DNA of 62,231 nucleotides, filler included, from Rhabdomonas costata (GCA_019059605.1; 33 parts of 33 records of this genome joined end to end with filler, not necessarily neighbours in it); one strand, 5' to 3'; positions 9,734 through 23,133 are shown, counted from the first letter of the whole stretch. Numbers and translations are program-made. The notes: generated from the letters alone by a model not told the origin.

Positions 9734-12700
9734 AAGAGGCAGTGACACGTGTCATCAAAAAGAATAGATGCTGGTGGGAAAGAGAGGGAGAGAGGAAAAA
9801 CATCAGAAGAGTGGAGGCGACACGTCCCAAACACAGACCTCGGGCGGAATCTCGAGCGGCTGAAGCAAGCTTGCGCCCGGCCAGCTGCCGGAGCTGCCCC
9901 AGCCGCCGCCTGTGCGTGCGGAACACCGCATCACAGCCACAAAGACAGAGAGGGGGGGGGGGAGAAGTGGTGGTCACCTGCCGGTGAATGAGACAAAAAA
10001 TCGGAAAGCAGTCAGTCGATAATGTGAAGGCGGCGACTAATGTGTCATGCCAGTCAAGGTCAGGAGTGTATATATGGTGATCGATCTGTGACCCGCCGCG
10101 GGGAACCCGACAAAGAAGCAAAGCAAAGCATTGCCATGGGGAAAACCCAACCCCGAGTCGGTGCAGTAGTATGGCATCATTATCATGAACCACCCACGAA
10201 TTGTTATTACGTCACTGTTCCGCATCCAGGTATTCACCCACCATTCTCGAGCACATACCACTCCAGGTCATTTCCTTCTTCTTCCTTTTCTACACACCTA
10301 CTCTCTGTTATTCGCAGGTTCAAGTCGTTCTGCCCTTGCACCCGAGGCTTCTTGGCCGGCTGGGGCCCCAGTTCCTCTGCGCCCCTCTCTCCTCGACTGG
10401 TCAGGCTGCTTCCCTCCGCCAGCTCCCCCTGTCGGCCACGTTTTTCCATCTGACGCTCTGCAGGCCCGCTGTCCCCCCGCGACTCTGGCTGGGTCGGCGA
10501 CGATGGGCGTGGCGGCAGAGCCGCCGCCGCCGCTCCGGGATCCTCCTCAGCAGGTACAGTAATGGGAATAAGAACGGTCGACGGGGCGACGAAGGGTGCG
10601 ACCACCCTAGAATCCATCGCGGTGAACATCCTCTTCACCAATCCAAAGCTGGTCAGAAGCTGCAGCGCCTCCTCCGGGCTGACGGGAAACCACACCCTCA
10701 CGAACAAGGGCACAGGGCACGACAAGTTGGTTCTTGCTCTGGAAGGCAACATCCGAACATTTCTTCAACATCGCAGGAACACTGACGGCAGGTAAGGTCT
10801 GAAGTTTACACGCGCAGCTGAAACGCACTGCATCGGCAGAGAAGGGACCTAAACCAAGGTAGTGCCCTCTATTAGTTTGGTCCAGCCTGGCTTCTGTGTC
10901 CTTTCCTTTTGACCGTGAGTGTTTCTGGGATGCAGGGCAAATAATCTTTTCGATGCACTTGAATTGATGCTGTTGGTAGGGGGCTGTGAAGCAGTCCAGT
11001 AAACTTTGCGAATCTGGAAAAAATAGTTCGGTGTGCAACCTCACAGTTCACAGGAATAGCATCGGCACCAGAGCCATGCTGCAATAAAGAGCTGGGTTGA
11101 AACAAACCTACACAAAGCAGGGGAGCCAGACGTGCAGGACTCCAACAACTCCTCGGGCCTGACCCCCGCCTCCTTAGAAGCTCGAACCGCACGGTACACC
11201 TCCACCATAGGGGCCCACCACTGCCCCCACAACAACCNNNNNNNNNNNNNNNNNNNNNNNNNNNNNNNNNNNNNNNNNNNNTTAATTAATTAANNNNNNN
11301 NNNNNNNNNNNNNNNNNNNNNNNNNNNNNNNNNNNNNTGGGGTGGGGGTTTGCCCCGCAAGGCCACGGGGTCCCGCACCCCCTCCGCACTTCGGGCGAGG
11401 CTCACTCATGGTGACAAGACGCAGGCCATCTGCGGGCCTGCGGATAACAACCAGGACTCTGTGGTGGTATATGGCTAACCACCTCTTCCCTACACCCTCC
11501 CAACTCCCACCACTGCGCCCTTCCGTTTCTTTGTGATGGACCAGTAACAAGTGATGGTGTAAGTGGAGGGATGCATGGGGGGGTTGACATTTCCTGGGAG
11601 GGCCGTCCCGTGGAACAGAGTCGAACAGCACCCGTGAAATGACCAATGACCAACTACACCGAAGTCAGAGTTTTGTGTTATTCTCCTGTTTCTAGTGCGT
11701 GGCCGACTCTTTCGCCTTTGCGTCGTGTCCTCGTTGGCATTGTCGGGGATTTTCTGCGGCGTCCCGTTCTTTTCCGTGCCTTCATGCCTTTTGTTGGTGC
11801 CGAACATTTGTGTTTGTTGTGTCCCTCGAAGCCCTGCCATCACATAGGTGAGAGGGGGGAGCTCCGGTGGGCATCCCACTCCTCATACTTCTTTTGTGAA
11901 GTTAGGGGGTGAGCGTCGGAGTTCCTGAATACCTTGAATACATTGGGCCAAAATATAGGATCCACATGCAAGCATTGCATTCACACTCACATCTCACATT
12001 GGGACATTGCCAGGGGGATTTCGGTTTGGGGGTAGTGCGAGGACATCCCTTCTTACCATTATGTTACTTTCCTCACCCGTCGTGGAAAGATAATTTCCCC
12101 CCAGGACCGGAAGAATTTAAGGATTCACTACCATGACCGTTCTTCACATGTCCCCCCCTTCCACCCATACAATGGCTACCTTCTTTTACCTTTCTGTTTA
12201 ATTATGTCTGTCAAATTATGTGAGAAAACGCTCGAAGCAGACAAGCAGCATGCAAGGTTGGTCAATGCAGGACTCTAACTTCTTAACCACAACCCAAACT
12301 TCACATGCTTGTTGGAGAGAGATCTGTAAAATAAATGGGAGAAGGCGATCAGAGGCCAAATTCAACCTCTCCTGCAGCTTTTCATGAATCCTGATGCGCA
12401 TTGGATTATACCCCCCGACCTTACACCCCCACGGCGGGCTGGGTTGGTGGGTCGCTGTTAGTATCTGGCTGGCCGCTTGGTTTGTGCTGGGGCGTGGTTT
12501 TTACTCTGCAGGACGCGCGGCTGGTCGCCCAAGCACACAGCCGCAAGTCCCTTCTCGTCTCTCAACTGGATGCCACCCGGCAAGCCTCCTGATATCGTAC
12601 CCCTGGGCAGAGGATGGAGCAGCCATCCCTGTCGAGCATTCTCCGTAGTCCATGTGTATGTTTGCCGTCCCTTCTGCACATGCAAAATGTCGTAGTGCGT

Positions 12701-15599
12701 TTGCGCAGGAGTGTGGTGGTGTAGGCTTTTGGATGAGATCGTTGGCGAATGATGTGCTGGGCCCCTTCCAAATTCGGGAGGCACCCCGCCTCCCAGATTT
12801 ACTGTATCGCATGCTCTTCGGATTGCGGAGGCTTACTTTCGGATACGTTCACTGTACTGCCGCCTGTATCGTGTGCAAGTCATTCTCGCTCTGTGTGTGT
12901 TTCTGCATTCGCAGCCCAGGAGAAAATTGAGAAGGGAAAGAACAGAAGGAGGACTGGAATCACCTTCGGGGTCAAGCTGTGAAAGTCAAGAAAGGCAAAT
13001 TCCCACTAAGTTTCGCGAATGGCGGTTCCCAAACGTTCGGAGGAGTACTCTGCTAACAAAAAACCCCCAGGGCCGTCGCCTTCACTCTTTCCGGTCCTTG
13101 TAAGTGTTGGGATATATCCCACCACCCNNNNNNNNNNNNNNNNNNNNNNNNNNNNNNNNNNNNNNNNNNNNTTAATTAATTAANNNNNNNNNNNNNNNNN
13201 NNNNNNNNNNNNNNNNNNNNNNNNNNNTGTTTTTTGTTGTTCGTATTCATTCTAGCGTTTTGTGTCTTTTTTTGTTTTTCTTCTGGCTTTCGGTGCCTTT
13301 TTTAACGTGGTTTTTTGAGTCTCCTGTGGGTGATGAGTTTTAATGTTTTGTCTTGCTGGTTTCTAAAATGGAGTGCTCATTTTTTCTCCGCTTTCTTGAA
13401 GCTGTTGACTGGACAGGGCACGCAGCCCCTTCAAGTGTCGTAGGGAGCGCAGGCAATTCACGGAGAGACTCCATGGACGTGTGAGTTCTGTGTGTTTGCA
13501 ACTGTAGGAGTGTGTGTGTGTGTGTGCATGTGTGTTAGTCGGTGGGTGAACATGCGAAGTTTGTGTCTGTGGGTGATGGGGAGCTGTCTGGCTCGTTTTA
13601 AATCCCGACCAAGTTATCCCAGACGTAGGCTGCCCTCTAAATGTTTCGGAACCGAGCGCGGCACACTGGATGTCGCAGGTTTGGACGATGCGCGTACCCG
13701 CGGTGGGGCGGATGTGTCCATCTATCGGCACAATTGATGATTTCTCTTTTCGTCTTTTAGCGTAAGGCACAGCTTCCCGCTGACTTTATTCTTTGACTTA
13801 GGGACAGTTAGCTCGCTGCGACATTTGCATTTGCAGATAGTGACAGATGGTTCGGGTGTCCGTTTTGACCTTTTAACTTGTTAACAACTTTAAGTCATTT
13901 ATCTTCCCGACCTGGTTCATTTCCGCGAACCTATTTTGGAAATATATCGCTGTGGACACTTTTATTTGGAGAACTTATGAGGCTCTCGTTTGGTGTGCCT
14001 TTTTGTGCAAAAAAAAATGAGACACCTTCGGACTTACTCAGAGGTTTTTCGGGGGAATCTACACTGAGCTACAGAGAGGCGGTGACTTCTTTTGTTCTGG
14101 AAAGCATACCTCCATCAACATGTCAGCCTAGCTCGTTGGTATCCCAAAGCACATGAACTTTGCCCTTAAATCTTGATTTGAGTCTCTTTTCAAGCTCAGA
14201 TTTAACAATTTTTGGTCTGAATTTGGGTTTTCAGGATGTTTTACAGGGGAGAAACTGGCGTTTGTTGTGTACAGATTGCTCACAATCCTACTTTTTGAGT
14301 TAGCCAAATAAAAGTGTCCACCGCGATATGTTTCAATGGTACACACACTCTCGGATTTAGGGTCACTATGCATTTTTCTGTGACGTCCACTCACGCCTGC
14401 GGTCGACACAACGATCACAGCGATTCTGAGAAAATAATGCTCCTCCGCATTGCTGGCTGCATAGGAAACACTCATCGCTCAAACTGACACTTGAATAACT
14501 CAACCGAACCATTGCGTAAATGATTACATTATCATTTCCATCTATTTCCACCTATCGTGGCAATTCAAAATTATGTTCTTCAATTCTCGTACGTCGAAAA
14601 CGCAGTCTTTTTTTTTTAATATTACGTGACCGGTGTTGGAGAGGATGTTGAAACCTTTTTGCAGCATGTTATTGATCAGGTAAAGTGTCGTGCATTAGAA
14701 TCTTTCACCCCGCGGGTTGTTGCGTACTTTTGATTATCGGTGGAGGGGGGGTGTCTATTATACTGCTGAGCGGAAATTATCGATCACCCAAAGCCCATTC
14801 CCCAAGGGCCTGGTCATTTTGGGGGGGGTGCATATATCGGTGATGTGCGCACGCCGTTGCTTGGTCTTGGGTGGAACATGCATGCTCGACTAACATCTTC
14901 TATGGCGAGCTATCAGCACCCACAGGTGCGTCTGATGAGCCTCCAGATAGCATATCAACTAACTATAGGAAATGAATGAAAAAAGCGGAAACCACACCAA
15001 CCAAACACACCCACCACNNNNNNNNNNNNNNNNNNNNNNNNNNNNNNNNNNNNNNNNNNNNTTAATTAATTAANNNNNNNNNNNNNNNNNNNNNNNNNNN
15101 NNNNNNNNNNNNNNNNNGGTTGGGTGGCAATTGCATCTAATGGTAATTGATTGTTGGTTTTACCTCGGCTGATCTACAGTTGGTTGTTGGTTTGTAACGT
15201 AATGAACACGCTGAACCTTGTGTGGAGCTGTGTGTATTCCACTATTTCTTGAGAGATCGATGTGAGCAAATTAGCGTTATTTATTTGGAATCTAATATAA
15301 TATTCCGTACACAATTCCGAACGAATTTTATGTACATGTATCTTGGTTGTTGTTTTGTTTTGTTTGGGTGAATTGATAGTGACTGATGCTTCCGTGATTG
15401 GAACTGCTGCTGTTGCAGATCTCGTGGCGGGATCGTGCGTATTTCTCTTCTGGTGTTGGATGGTATTGTGATGTGTGAAGGATAGCAAAAACCTCAAGGG
15501 TGAAATGCAAATGTAATGCTTACAACATAGCAACATCTATGAAAAATGAATTGCAGAAAGACTTTTTAGACTGTTTGTTTTTAATGGATTTATGTAAAA

Positions 15600-16540
15600 C
15601 CGTAGTCAGGGATTCCGTGAAGTCCTCCATATGGATGCACCGTCATGTCAATGCACCAAGCGCGATATAATGACTCTGTAACGTTGTTCTAGTGTGGCGA
15701 ATTAGGAGTGGTATGACACTTCATATTGTGCACTGTAGTGTGTAGGAAGTTGGCGCCGTCATCAGGAACCTTCTCATAGACGCACTCCACGAGATAAATA
15801 ATCGAACTACACCTTGCTGTGGTCTTGTACTACACGACGTAGGCGTAGGCGTCTTGCTAGTGGAATGGAACTCCTGTGCCTAGTAGATATCGTCGATGTA
15901 CCTGAAACAGCAAGTTACCTTCTGTACAGAGACGATGTACGCGCATTTTTGACAGGGTAGAATTTCATGTTGGCAATATGCGTGACATTGGACATTAACA
16001 TTGGAATCCACGTGATTTGTCGCATAACACGACCGACAACGTTTACTTAGTTGTGCTAAATCATGCAGTTAATGATTTCTGAAACTTGTGCACAAGTGTA
16101 TACGTTTTATAAATGTGACATCCCCTTATGTCCAATGGTCAAAATGCAATGTGAGAGCCGTCTTACGTCATCTCAGAGTCACGCTGTGTGCAGAAAAAAA
16201 ATAAATTGTTTCATTATGCGCTGACCACGCATTACAAGTGAGCATCATCATACAGTCTAACCAATCTTATTCTGCAGTGACGTTAGTTCATTCATGTTTT
16301 CCAATGAAAGTAACAAGTTAGGTAACTGTCATGCTGAAGTGTTCCATTTCAAAAGTTTTGAATTCATTTAGTTTTACCCTATTTTTCCGTGTGCTTGGCG
16401 TCAGACTAAGGCTAGTTGGAGTGGCGCCTGTGGCGCTGGTTGCATCACTGGCGGGTGTGGGAGTGGCCCCGCCAGCCAGCCAAACCCAAAAAATAACTAA
16501 GCTACCGGCAAGACCTATAAAATGCCAAGTCATAGTCCGC
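15600..16540 (-). mobile_element. Degenerate reverse transcriptase, Penelope-like retroelement remnant
   Basis: The minus strand gives RQITWIPM..NVTHIANM (from 16022 downward; cf. RQxxGIPMG..A..IAN), then after a frameshift CCFRYIDDIY (RYIDDI at 15886-15903), then EK...ANFLHTTV (cf. vxFLDl). Many stops and frameshifts. Boundaries approximate. Confidence 0.65.
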
Positions 16541-16563
16541 CTGCTCCTTTGCATTACTAAGAT

Positions 16564-16633
16564 ACAGCTGTGAAACAGTGGCAAAAGGTCAGGTTTCCTA
16601 TGCAATGTTGTGGGTTCGAATCCTAGTGATATA
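16564..16633 (+). ncRNA. Degenerate tRNA-like / tRNA-SINE-head element (Pol III A and B boxes)
   Basis: A-box-like TGAAACAGTGG at 16571-16581 and B-box/T-arm TGGGTTCGAATCCTA at 16611-16625 with tRNA-like spacing. Acceptor and anticodon stems do not pair well. Confidence 0.4.
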
Positions 16634-17006
16634 CATGTTCTTCTTGGTGTGATGTGACCTCCTTTGTGCACAGCGGTTAAATTGGATTCCACTGGGACGT
16701 TTTCATTTGGAATGAAGTGGGATGTCACCCAAGCCTCCCCACTCTCCCACACTTACGTTGAGCACTTAACAGTTGGGACATTTGGAATGGCAATGCTGGG
16801 ACCACCAAAGACCTGCAGTGTGGCTTGCGCCCCACCAGCGCCGACGCCAAGAACGACATTGTGGGCGTAATCTCCCCGCCGCCTCCACCAAAAACGACAG
16901 TGTGGGNNNNNNNNNNNNNNNNNNNNNNNNNNNNNNNNNNNNNNNNNNNNTTAATTAATTAANNNNNNNNNNNNNNNNNNNNNNNNNNNNNNNNNNNNNN
17001 NNNNNN

Positions 17007-18746
17007 TTGCGGAACGCCAGCACTTGGGGCACAAGGAGCGGCCGGGCCTGGGTTTGCGCTGGATGGAGCCAGTGTGCCGGAGAAGTACGTGCTGGCGTTC
17101 CGCAACATAGTTTACAAGGTAGCCCCTTCACCCTTTCATATCCCGTTGTCGAGCCTTACAACCTTTGAACTGTTTCTCAGATGGATTGCCCATAGTGATG
17201 AGCAAAGCCTGCATTTTCGGGGTTGCAGCGAGAAAGCCAGAAGGATTGCCAATCACAAGAACGAATGGCGATCTACGATCACGAACCACGTTGTGCATCT
17301 CTGCTACCACAATCCACAACATGCATTAGTTCACGGGAACCGCTGTTGTCAACTGCAAGACGACGCCCCTCCAAAGATTTACTTCAGATTGGGAAGGACT
17401 CATTTTCTTCCCTTTTTCCAATACGGCGTTGTCCTGCACACCCTTTGTTTCCACGTTGCAGGCATACCCCAATCCACCCATCCTCCAATCACTTTTTGGC
17501 GTTTCTTGCCTGCATGATGAACAAGACCTCTCGAAGTGGACAGTGAATACAATTGAGAATCCCGTCACCAGCATTTCACCAGATTTCCGTCGCGCTTGCC
17601 CGCCAATTGCCGAAGTGTAGCGCACAGGGAGATGACCGTTACCCTAGGAACGGAGCACCCCGCCCCATGTTCTCATCATTTTCCCTTGATTTTCTGTGGT
17701 GTCTGGGGGGGGGGGTTCTGATACGAAGATTGGCGAGGGGAAGAGCGCGAAGACGCTGCTCCATCGGGTCAGTGGCTTTGCCCGCCCCGGCGTCATGACT
17801 GCCCTGATAGGTTTTTCGGGAGTTGGAAAGGTATCTCATCTTCCTTATTTTGTTTATTTTGGAGATCGTTTCTGTGGGGTGATATGTTTTTTTTTGGTTT
17901 TTTTGGGCAAAGACGACCCTACTAGATGTGCTGGCGGGCCGCAAGACCGTGGGCAATGTCGAGGGAGAGGTCATGCTCAATGGAAGGCCGCAGCAAAGCT
18001 TCGAGGACTTTGGACGAATGGTCGGGTATGCTGTCCTTGCCCGCACTCGGACACACCCACGCAAATGCTCCGCTCCAGAAGCCTCACTGACAATTAGGGT
18101 TTATCTTGTATACGGGAAGGTGCTATGATTCCTAAATCAGGATGGTAAAGCTATCCCTCCGACATTGCATCGGAATCCCCGAGTTTTTTTTTTTTGGTGC
18201 GCACTTAGGTGGAATACAATGTTCGTGGGGCAAACTGATCCCTCAGTTTAGTCTCACTCGGTCGGCTTTTGCTTTTCCTCCCATTTGTTCTCTCTTTTTT
18301 CCTCTTCCTTGCTAACCCCGCCCCTGTGATGAATGGTGTGGTATGTGGTTGGTTTGGGTTGACTCGAGACGCTAGAGTGGGCTGTATGTGAGGATTTGCT
18401 TGGGGAGGCAGGTTCGTGACGAAATAGGGAATAAGGCTTGAGGCTTGTAGGGGAGAAGGAAATGGGGAGCAGGGAGGACGGGAAGGGAAGGGATGGGATT
18501 GGAAAGAGGGAAAGTTGAAAAAAGGAGCTCCAATGGTCAGTGGTGAAAGAAAGAGGGTGACGGGACCGCTTGGCGGCGTTGGCGGGATTGAACCTGTTGT
18601 TGCGGTGGTGTGTTTGCTCCTGTTGAGTTGAATGTGATGGGATTTGGTCCTTGCAGGTACATCGAGCAGGAAGTTAACGTCACCCACTCCCCTCTGGCCA
18701 CCATCTTGGAGACCCTGCGCTTCTCAGGGTACCTCCGCCTTCCAAG
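17007..18746 (+). CDS. ABCG/PDR-type ABC transporter NBD fragment, 4 exons (17007-17118, 17729-17830, 17913-18025, 18657-18746)
   Basis: Spliced GT-AG product [69 protein letters not shown]...[29 protein letters not shown]. Walker A and Q-loop typical of ABCG/PDR NBD2. Confidence 0.93.
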
Positions 18747-19009
18747 GTTGCGGCTGTTCTGTCTGTTTCCGGTTTATCGATTTACCACCACCACCNNNNN
18801 NNNNNNNNNNNNNNNNNNNNNNNNNNNNNNNNNNNNNNNTTAATTAATTAANNNNNNNNNNNNNNNNNNNNNNNNNNNNNNNNNNNNNNNNNNNNTGCAA
18901 TTTGTTCCGTGCGACAGCTCGGACGTCTTCTCAGTTCGTGCAGCTTGCCTGCATTCTTTCTGTGCCCTTTTAACCCCTCCCCACCCTCTTACCGCCCCGC
19001 GCGAACTCC

Positions 19010-20579
19010 ATGGCTGCCACCAAACCGGTGGGAGGGAGACGGACGGTCGTTGTGACTGTCGTGGTGCTGGCTGCTACTCTGGGATCCATCGTAGCGGTGT
19101 TCATGCCCTGCCAGTGTTGCCCCGTCTATGGCGTATCGCGGGCCGTGCCCCTCACTGGCGTCTCGCTAGCCTCTCGGGAGGATTTCCTGGGGCAACGGTG
19201 CTACACTCGTGGGAAGTGGACTGAGGGTCCGGTGCCTAAGTGGGGTATAGAGGGGAAGTACCTCAACAACTGTGACCGCACGCCTGAGCTGAATTCGTCG
19301 CTGCGGTGGCGGAATTGGGAGGTGGAGAACTCCACGGGCTGCGGAATTGAGCCCTGGAACACGGCGTGGCTGTGCCAGCTGCTTCGCGGGCGTTCGATGA
19401 TCTTCTACGGTGAGTGATTTTCGCCCTGTGGTTTTTTTAGACATCACGTATGGACATTTTTGTTCGAAATCTGGGGGTTGCGAACGCTTTGCTTGTCGGA
19501 AACCTCAGTGATGGACCTACGATGTTGTTGAAAAAATATCGAAAAAATACTTGCGTTTCGCCATGGAATCTGCACGTGAGCCTATTGCCCACCTAGGGCT
19601 TTCGCGTCCCAGTGCCCATACGGTTGAAGTCCGGGCTCGAGAAAGTGGTTGGGTGTATGGAGGGGGAGGGGTTCCAAAACGGGGTCTTCTTCTGTCGAGG
19701 CGCGTGTTGCTATTTGACTCGGCTTTAAGGGGATAGCCTGCTGCAAGACATTGCGACCTCCTTCCTGGTTGGCATCCACGGGCGCACGGAAGGTCGCTAC
19801 CGCATTTTTTCCCCTGCTAACTTCCTTCTTTGGCTCTTACCTTAATACCAGTAATACCAGGAGTGCAGCGAGTGGGAATTGGGTATCAAGCGGTATTCCC
19901 CTCCTCTGGGAATCGCCTTGGGAATCGCCGTCTGTGTGTGTGTGTGCATGACCACGGCGATCAGACAAGCAGGTGAGGCTCGATAGGCCCAAACCCCAAG
20001 AGAAACACGAGTCTTCCCCAGAAAGAAATCAGCCTGGCCAAGTGAACAACGTGTGCGTGTGTGTGTTTGTGTGCATACCGTACGGGTACATGGCTGAGTA
20101 CTGAATTGATCGGAGTGACGCAATGGGTTTGTGCGTGTAGTAGGTGGTCCCCTCCGAGGCTCCATTTCCCTAGGGGGAGGGTAGCCCCTAGCTTCGACCT
20201 GTTTTAAAGCCCTCTGGAGGCAGAAAGGGCTTCCACCAAAACGCCAAAACGTTGCCTTGGGCACGTGTAGGTAGATAGATCATGGGGTGGATGAGATTTG
20301 CCGTTGGCTTTTACCCAGGGCGGGTCATCCGGCTCCCATCGAACCAGCTCCACTTCCACCGCAGCGCAAAGGAGCGGTTCTACAAGCTCGAGGACGTCGC
20401 ACAGTTCCCGCTGCGCTGTAACGCCTACGGCACCGGCTCGAAGAGGCAGAAGATCCACGTCGTTCGCAGCTCCACTCTGTTCGACGACGCGTTCTTCCGG
20501 TTCAACGCGCACCTTCGCTCGGAGGTCGATGACAGCGGGCCCGCGGTGATTGTGATTGCCATGGGCGCCCACTACGCAG
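19010..20579 (+). CDS. PC-esterase / TBL / NXPE-like SGNH acyl-esterase, exons 19010-19409, 19730-19792, 20319-20579
   Basis: N-terminal TM anchor, C..RGKW, W..WE....GC.IEPWN....CQLLRGRSMIFYG|DSLLQ (GDS motif reconstituted by splicing), later PAVIVIAMGAHY. All junctions GT-AG and in phase. Confidence 0.8.
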
Positions 20580-21882
20580 GTGCCCGGGCTGTGGGGTTAC
20601 CAGATACCGTTTCAGCAGTTTCCAGCTGCACAGTCTTCCTCGAAAAGCGTGCAGGAAAATTCTGAAACGGTATCTGGTAACCCCANNNNNNNNNNNNNNN
20701 NNNNNNNNNNNNNNNNNNNNNNNNNNNNNTTAATTAATTAANNNNNNNNNNNNNNNNNNNNNNNNNNNNNNNNNNNNNNNNNNNNGCGACCCTTTAAAAG
20801 CGCGAAACAGGCGGTACGTAAGAAATCCTGCAGCAAACAAGGTGTATGGTGGACAATCGGCGATTCTATCTCGAATTCCGATCCGCTTGATGGGGACGAA
20901 ATGTTGCCGGTTCATCAGGTACCTTTGCGGTATTGGGCCCTACTCACACCGGCGCTGAACAGCTGACAGGAGCTGAAACTTGATTACATGGAGCGCTGTC
21001 ATGGAAATTTTCCCTTGGTATTTGTACTTCTCTGGCTCAGGGGCGCTCTTTTGCATTTTGTACGCAATGGCATTTCACTTCGTTCACTCCCCATACTCTT
21101 TCGAAGGTATGCGTTTGCGGGAATGTGAAATACCTCTGTTTTTGGTAGATGCTGGATTCATGGAGTGTGCACTCTTCACACGATGCCATAGGTAGCAGGT
21201 TTCTGCCTTTCTTCTATCAGCCTCCTCAGTTCATAACGGTGCCAAACAAACAAAGTTGCGCCGGAGTTGAGCAGGAAAACCGATCCTTTCGTGTTGGCTC
21301 ATTTTTTGTCGACTCTGCAGTCACCATCCCTTCCCTGAGATTGGCGAAGGGCTGCGGGCGTTGGCTGTTTTGGTGTCACCACGGTGCTTTTGTTGTTTCA
21401 GTAAAACTTTTCACAGCTCGGCTCGTTGAACTAGTCATAACGTACAGTGTATGTTCAGTGAGGAGAGTGCATTGGAACTGTGCCATTCAAATGTATACTT
21501 TTTGTGGTGTTGTTTTTTGTGGCCCTATCTTCTTCAGGAATGGATGCCACCACGACACCACAGAGTCATCAGACAAACATTGCGAGGTTCCTGTGGGCTG
21601 TCTCACAACCTATCCCTCTCCTTATCTAGCGCTAGAAAAAGTTCTAAGCTCATGCGATCATTTTATGAGTGGCCTTCAGATGCGACCTTGCGGAAGGCGA
21701 AGCTCAGTTCGGTGGATTCGTGGAAACCGTTCGACAGCTGTGCAATCGTATACCCCTGGTTCTATCCTAATCTTCTCTTCCCATTTTTCCGGGGACGCTC
21801 CCAGTAGTAGCAGCAAACCAACTCCAGCTGTTCACTGAGGGTACTCCAAAATTGTGCGTGCAATCGGGAGGCGGGTGCCAAC

Positions 21883-22052
21883 CTCTGAGGCGGGGAAATC
21901 ATAGAGCAGCTCAGTGTCCTCGTCCACGACCAGCTTGGCGCGGAGGAGCTCGCCCCACACGTATTGCGTCAGCACGTGCTGCTGGATCTCCACGGCGTAA
22001 GGCGTGGAGCGGATCGGGAACTGCATCGACGACGCGCTGCGGCTGGTTCCCA
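21883..22052 (-). CDS. Internal exon, hypothetical protein (...QFPIRSTPYAVEIQQHVLTQYVWGELLRAKLVVDEDTELLYDFPASE)
   Basis: GC3-rich, acceptor atcag|, donor GAG|gttggc. Confidence 0.6.
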
Positions 22053-22912
22053 CTGATACCCAAAAAGCGGGGCAAGCGTGAAACCGAAAGCGATGATAGG
22101 ACAACACAAAGCAACACAAAGCAGCAGTATTTCTCGCCGATATGACCGTTGCCAATCGGCACGCTGTTACCGCCAAGGTATTAAGAACGTCAAACGGTCA
22201 TCACAAACAGAACAGTATTATTCACACCGCACCGGAGAGAAGTGGAGATCTGCAAACAAATGAATGAGAGGGGACGATAGGCATAAGGACAAGGAAAACA
22301 GTGAAAAGAGAAAGTGTGTGTGCATGTGAATAATATCCAAGAGAGAGAAGGGAGGTTTTGGACAGCGAGGACTGGAAGGGGAGAGACCAAGTAAAGAAAT
22401 ATCAGCCAAGATACGAAGACGGACGGGCAAGCGACATGAACCCCACGCGCAAACAAACACACGCGACAGTGACATTGCTTTATTTATTTTTACATCAACA
22501 ACAACAACAGCAACCACGGCACATCATCTCTGCATTCATGCCCACGCACAAACGACACGCACGTCACAAAACAACNNNNNNNNNNNNNNNNNNNNNNNNN
22601 NNNNNNNNNNNNNNNNNNNTTAATTAATTAANNNNNNNNNNNNNNNNNNNNNNNNNNNNNNNNNNNNNNNNNNNNTTTTTTTTTTGGCATTCTTGGAAGG
22701 GCGTCTGCTGCCTTCGAGAGCCACAAACCGGTGAACAGAGCAACAAAAGGGACACCAATAATCTAGACTCCAAAAAGAAAAAAGGCACTTGAATTTGGAA
22801 CGCCATATCCGCAAAACCTGGGACCGCCAGGAAGCCACCATCTAGGTGCACCGGAACACCGCAAAAGGGAAATGCCATGTGGTACGCCCACCTCTCCACA
22901 AAAGAAAAGGAC

Positions 22913-23090
22913 CTGCAGGCCGTCCAGATCAGCCCCAGGGAAGCGGCAACAGGAAAGGTCCCAGCCCCGCACCACGTGATCCACTGCGGAGACGATGGTC
23001 ATCGCGTTGGCTGCCGCGCGGCACCGCCGACCCTCGGGGGTGTCCGTAGTCCATAGCACCGCCAAACCACTGAGGTCACGGACGCCATCA

Positions 23091-23133
<43 letters not shown>

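Noticed and set aside
10234..11237. Single long decayed ORF on the minus strand
   Set aside because: No recognisable motifs; equally explained by exons and introns of a hypothetical gene.
14931..14995. Hammerhead ribozyme (CTGATGAG...GAAAC)
   Set aside because: Stem II cannot close between the two core motifs, and no flanking stems are evident.
14989..15017. C/A-rich contig ends as telomeres of nanochromosomes
   Set aside because: The tails are aperiodic and differ between contigs, and genes are cut mid-exon at the ends. No tandem TTAGGG or C4A4 units are present. Best explained as primer remnants.
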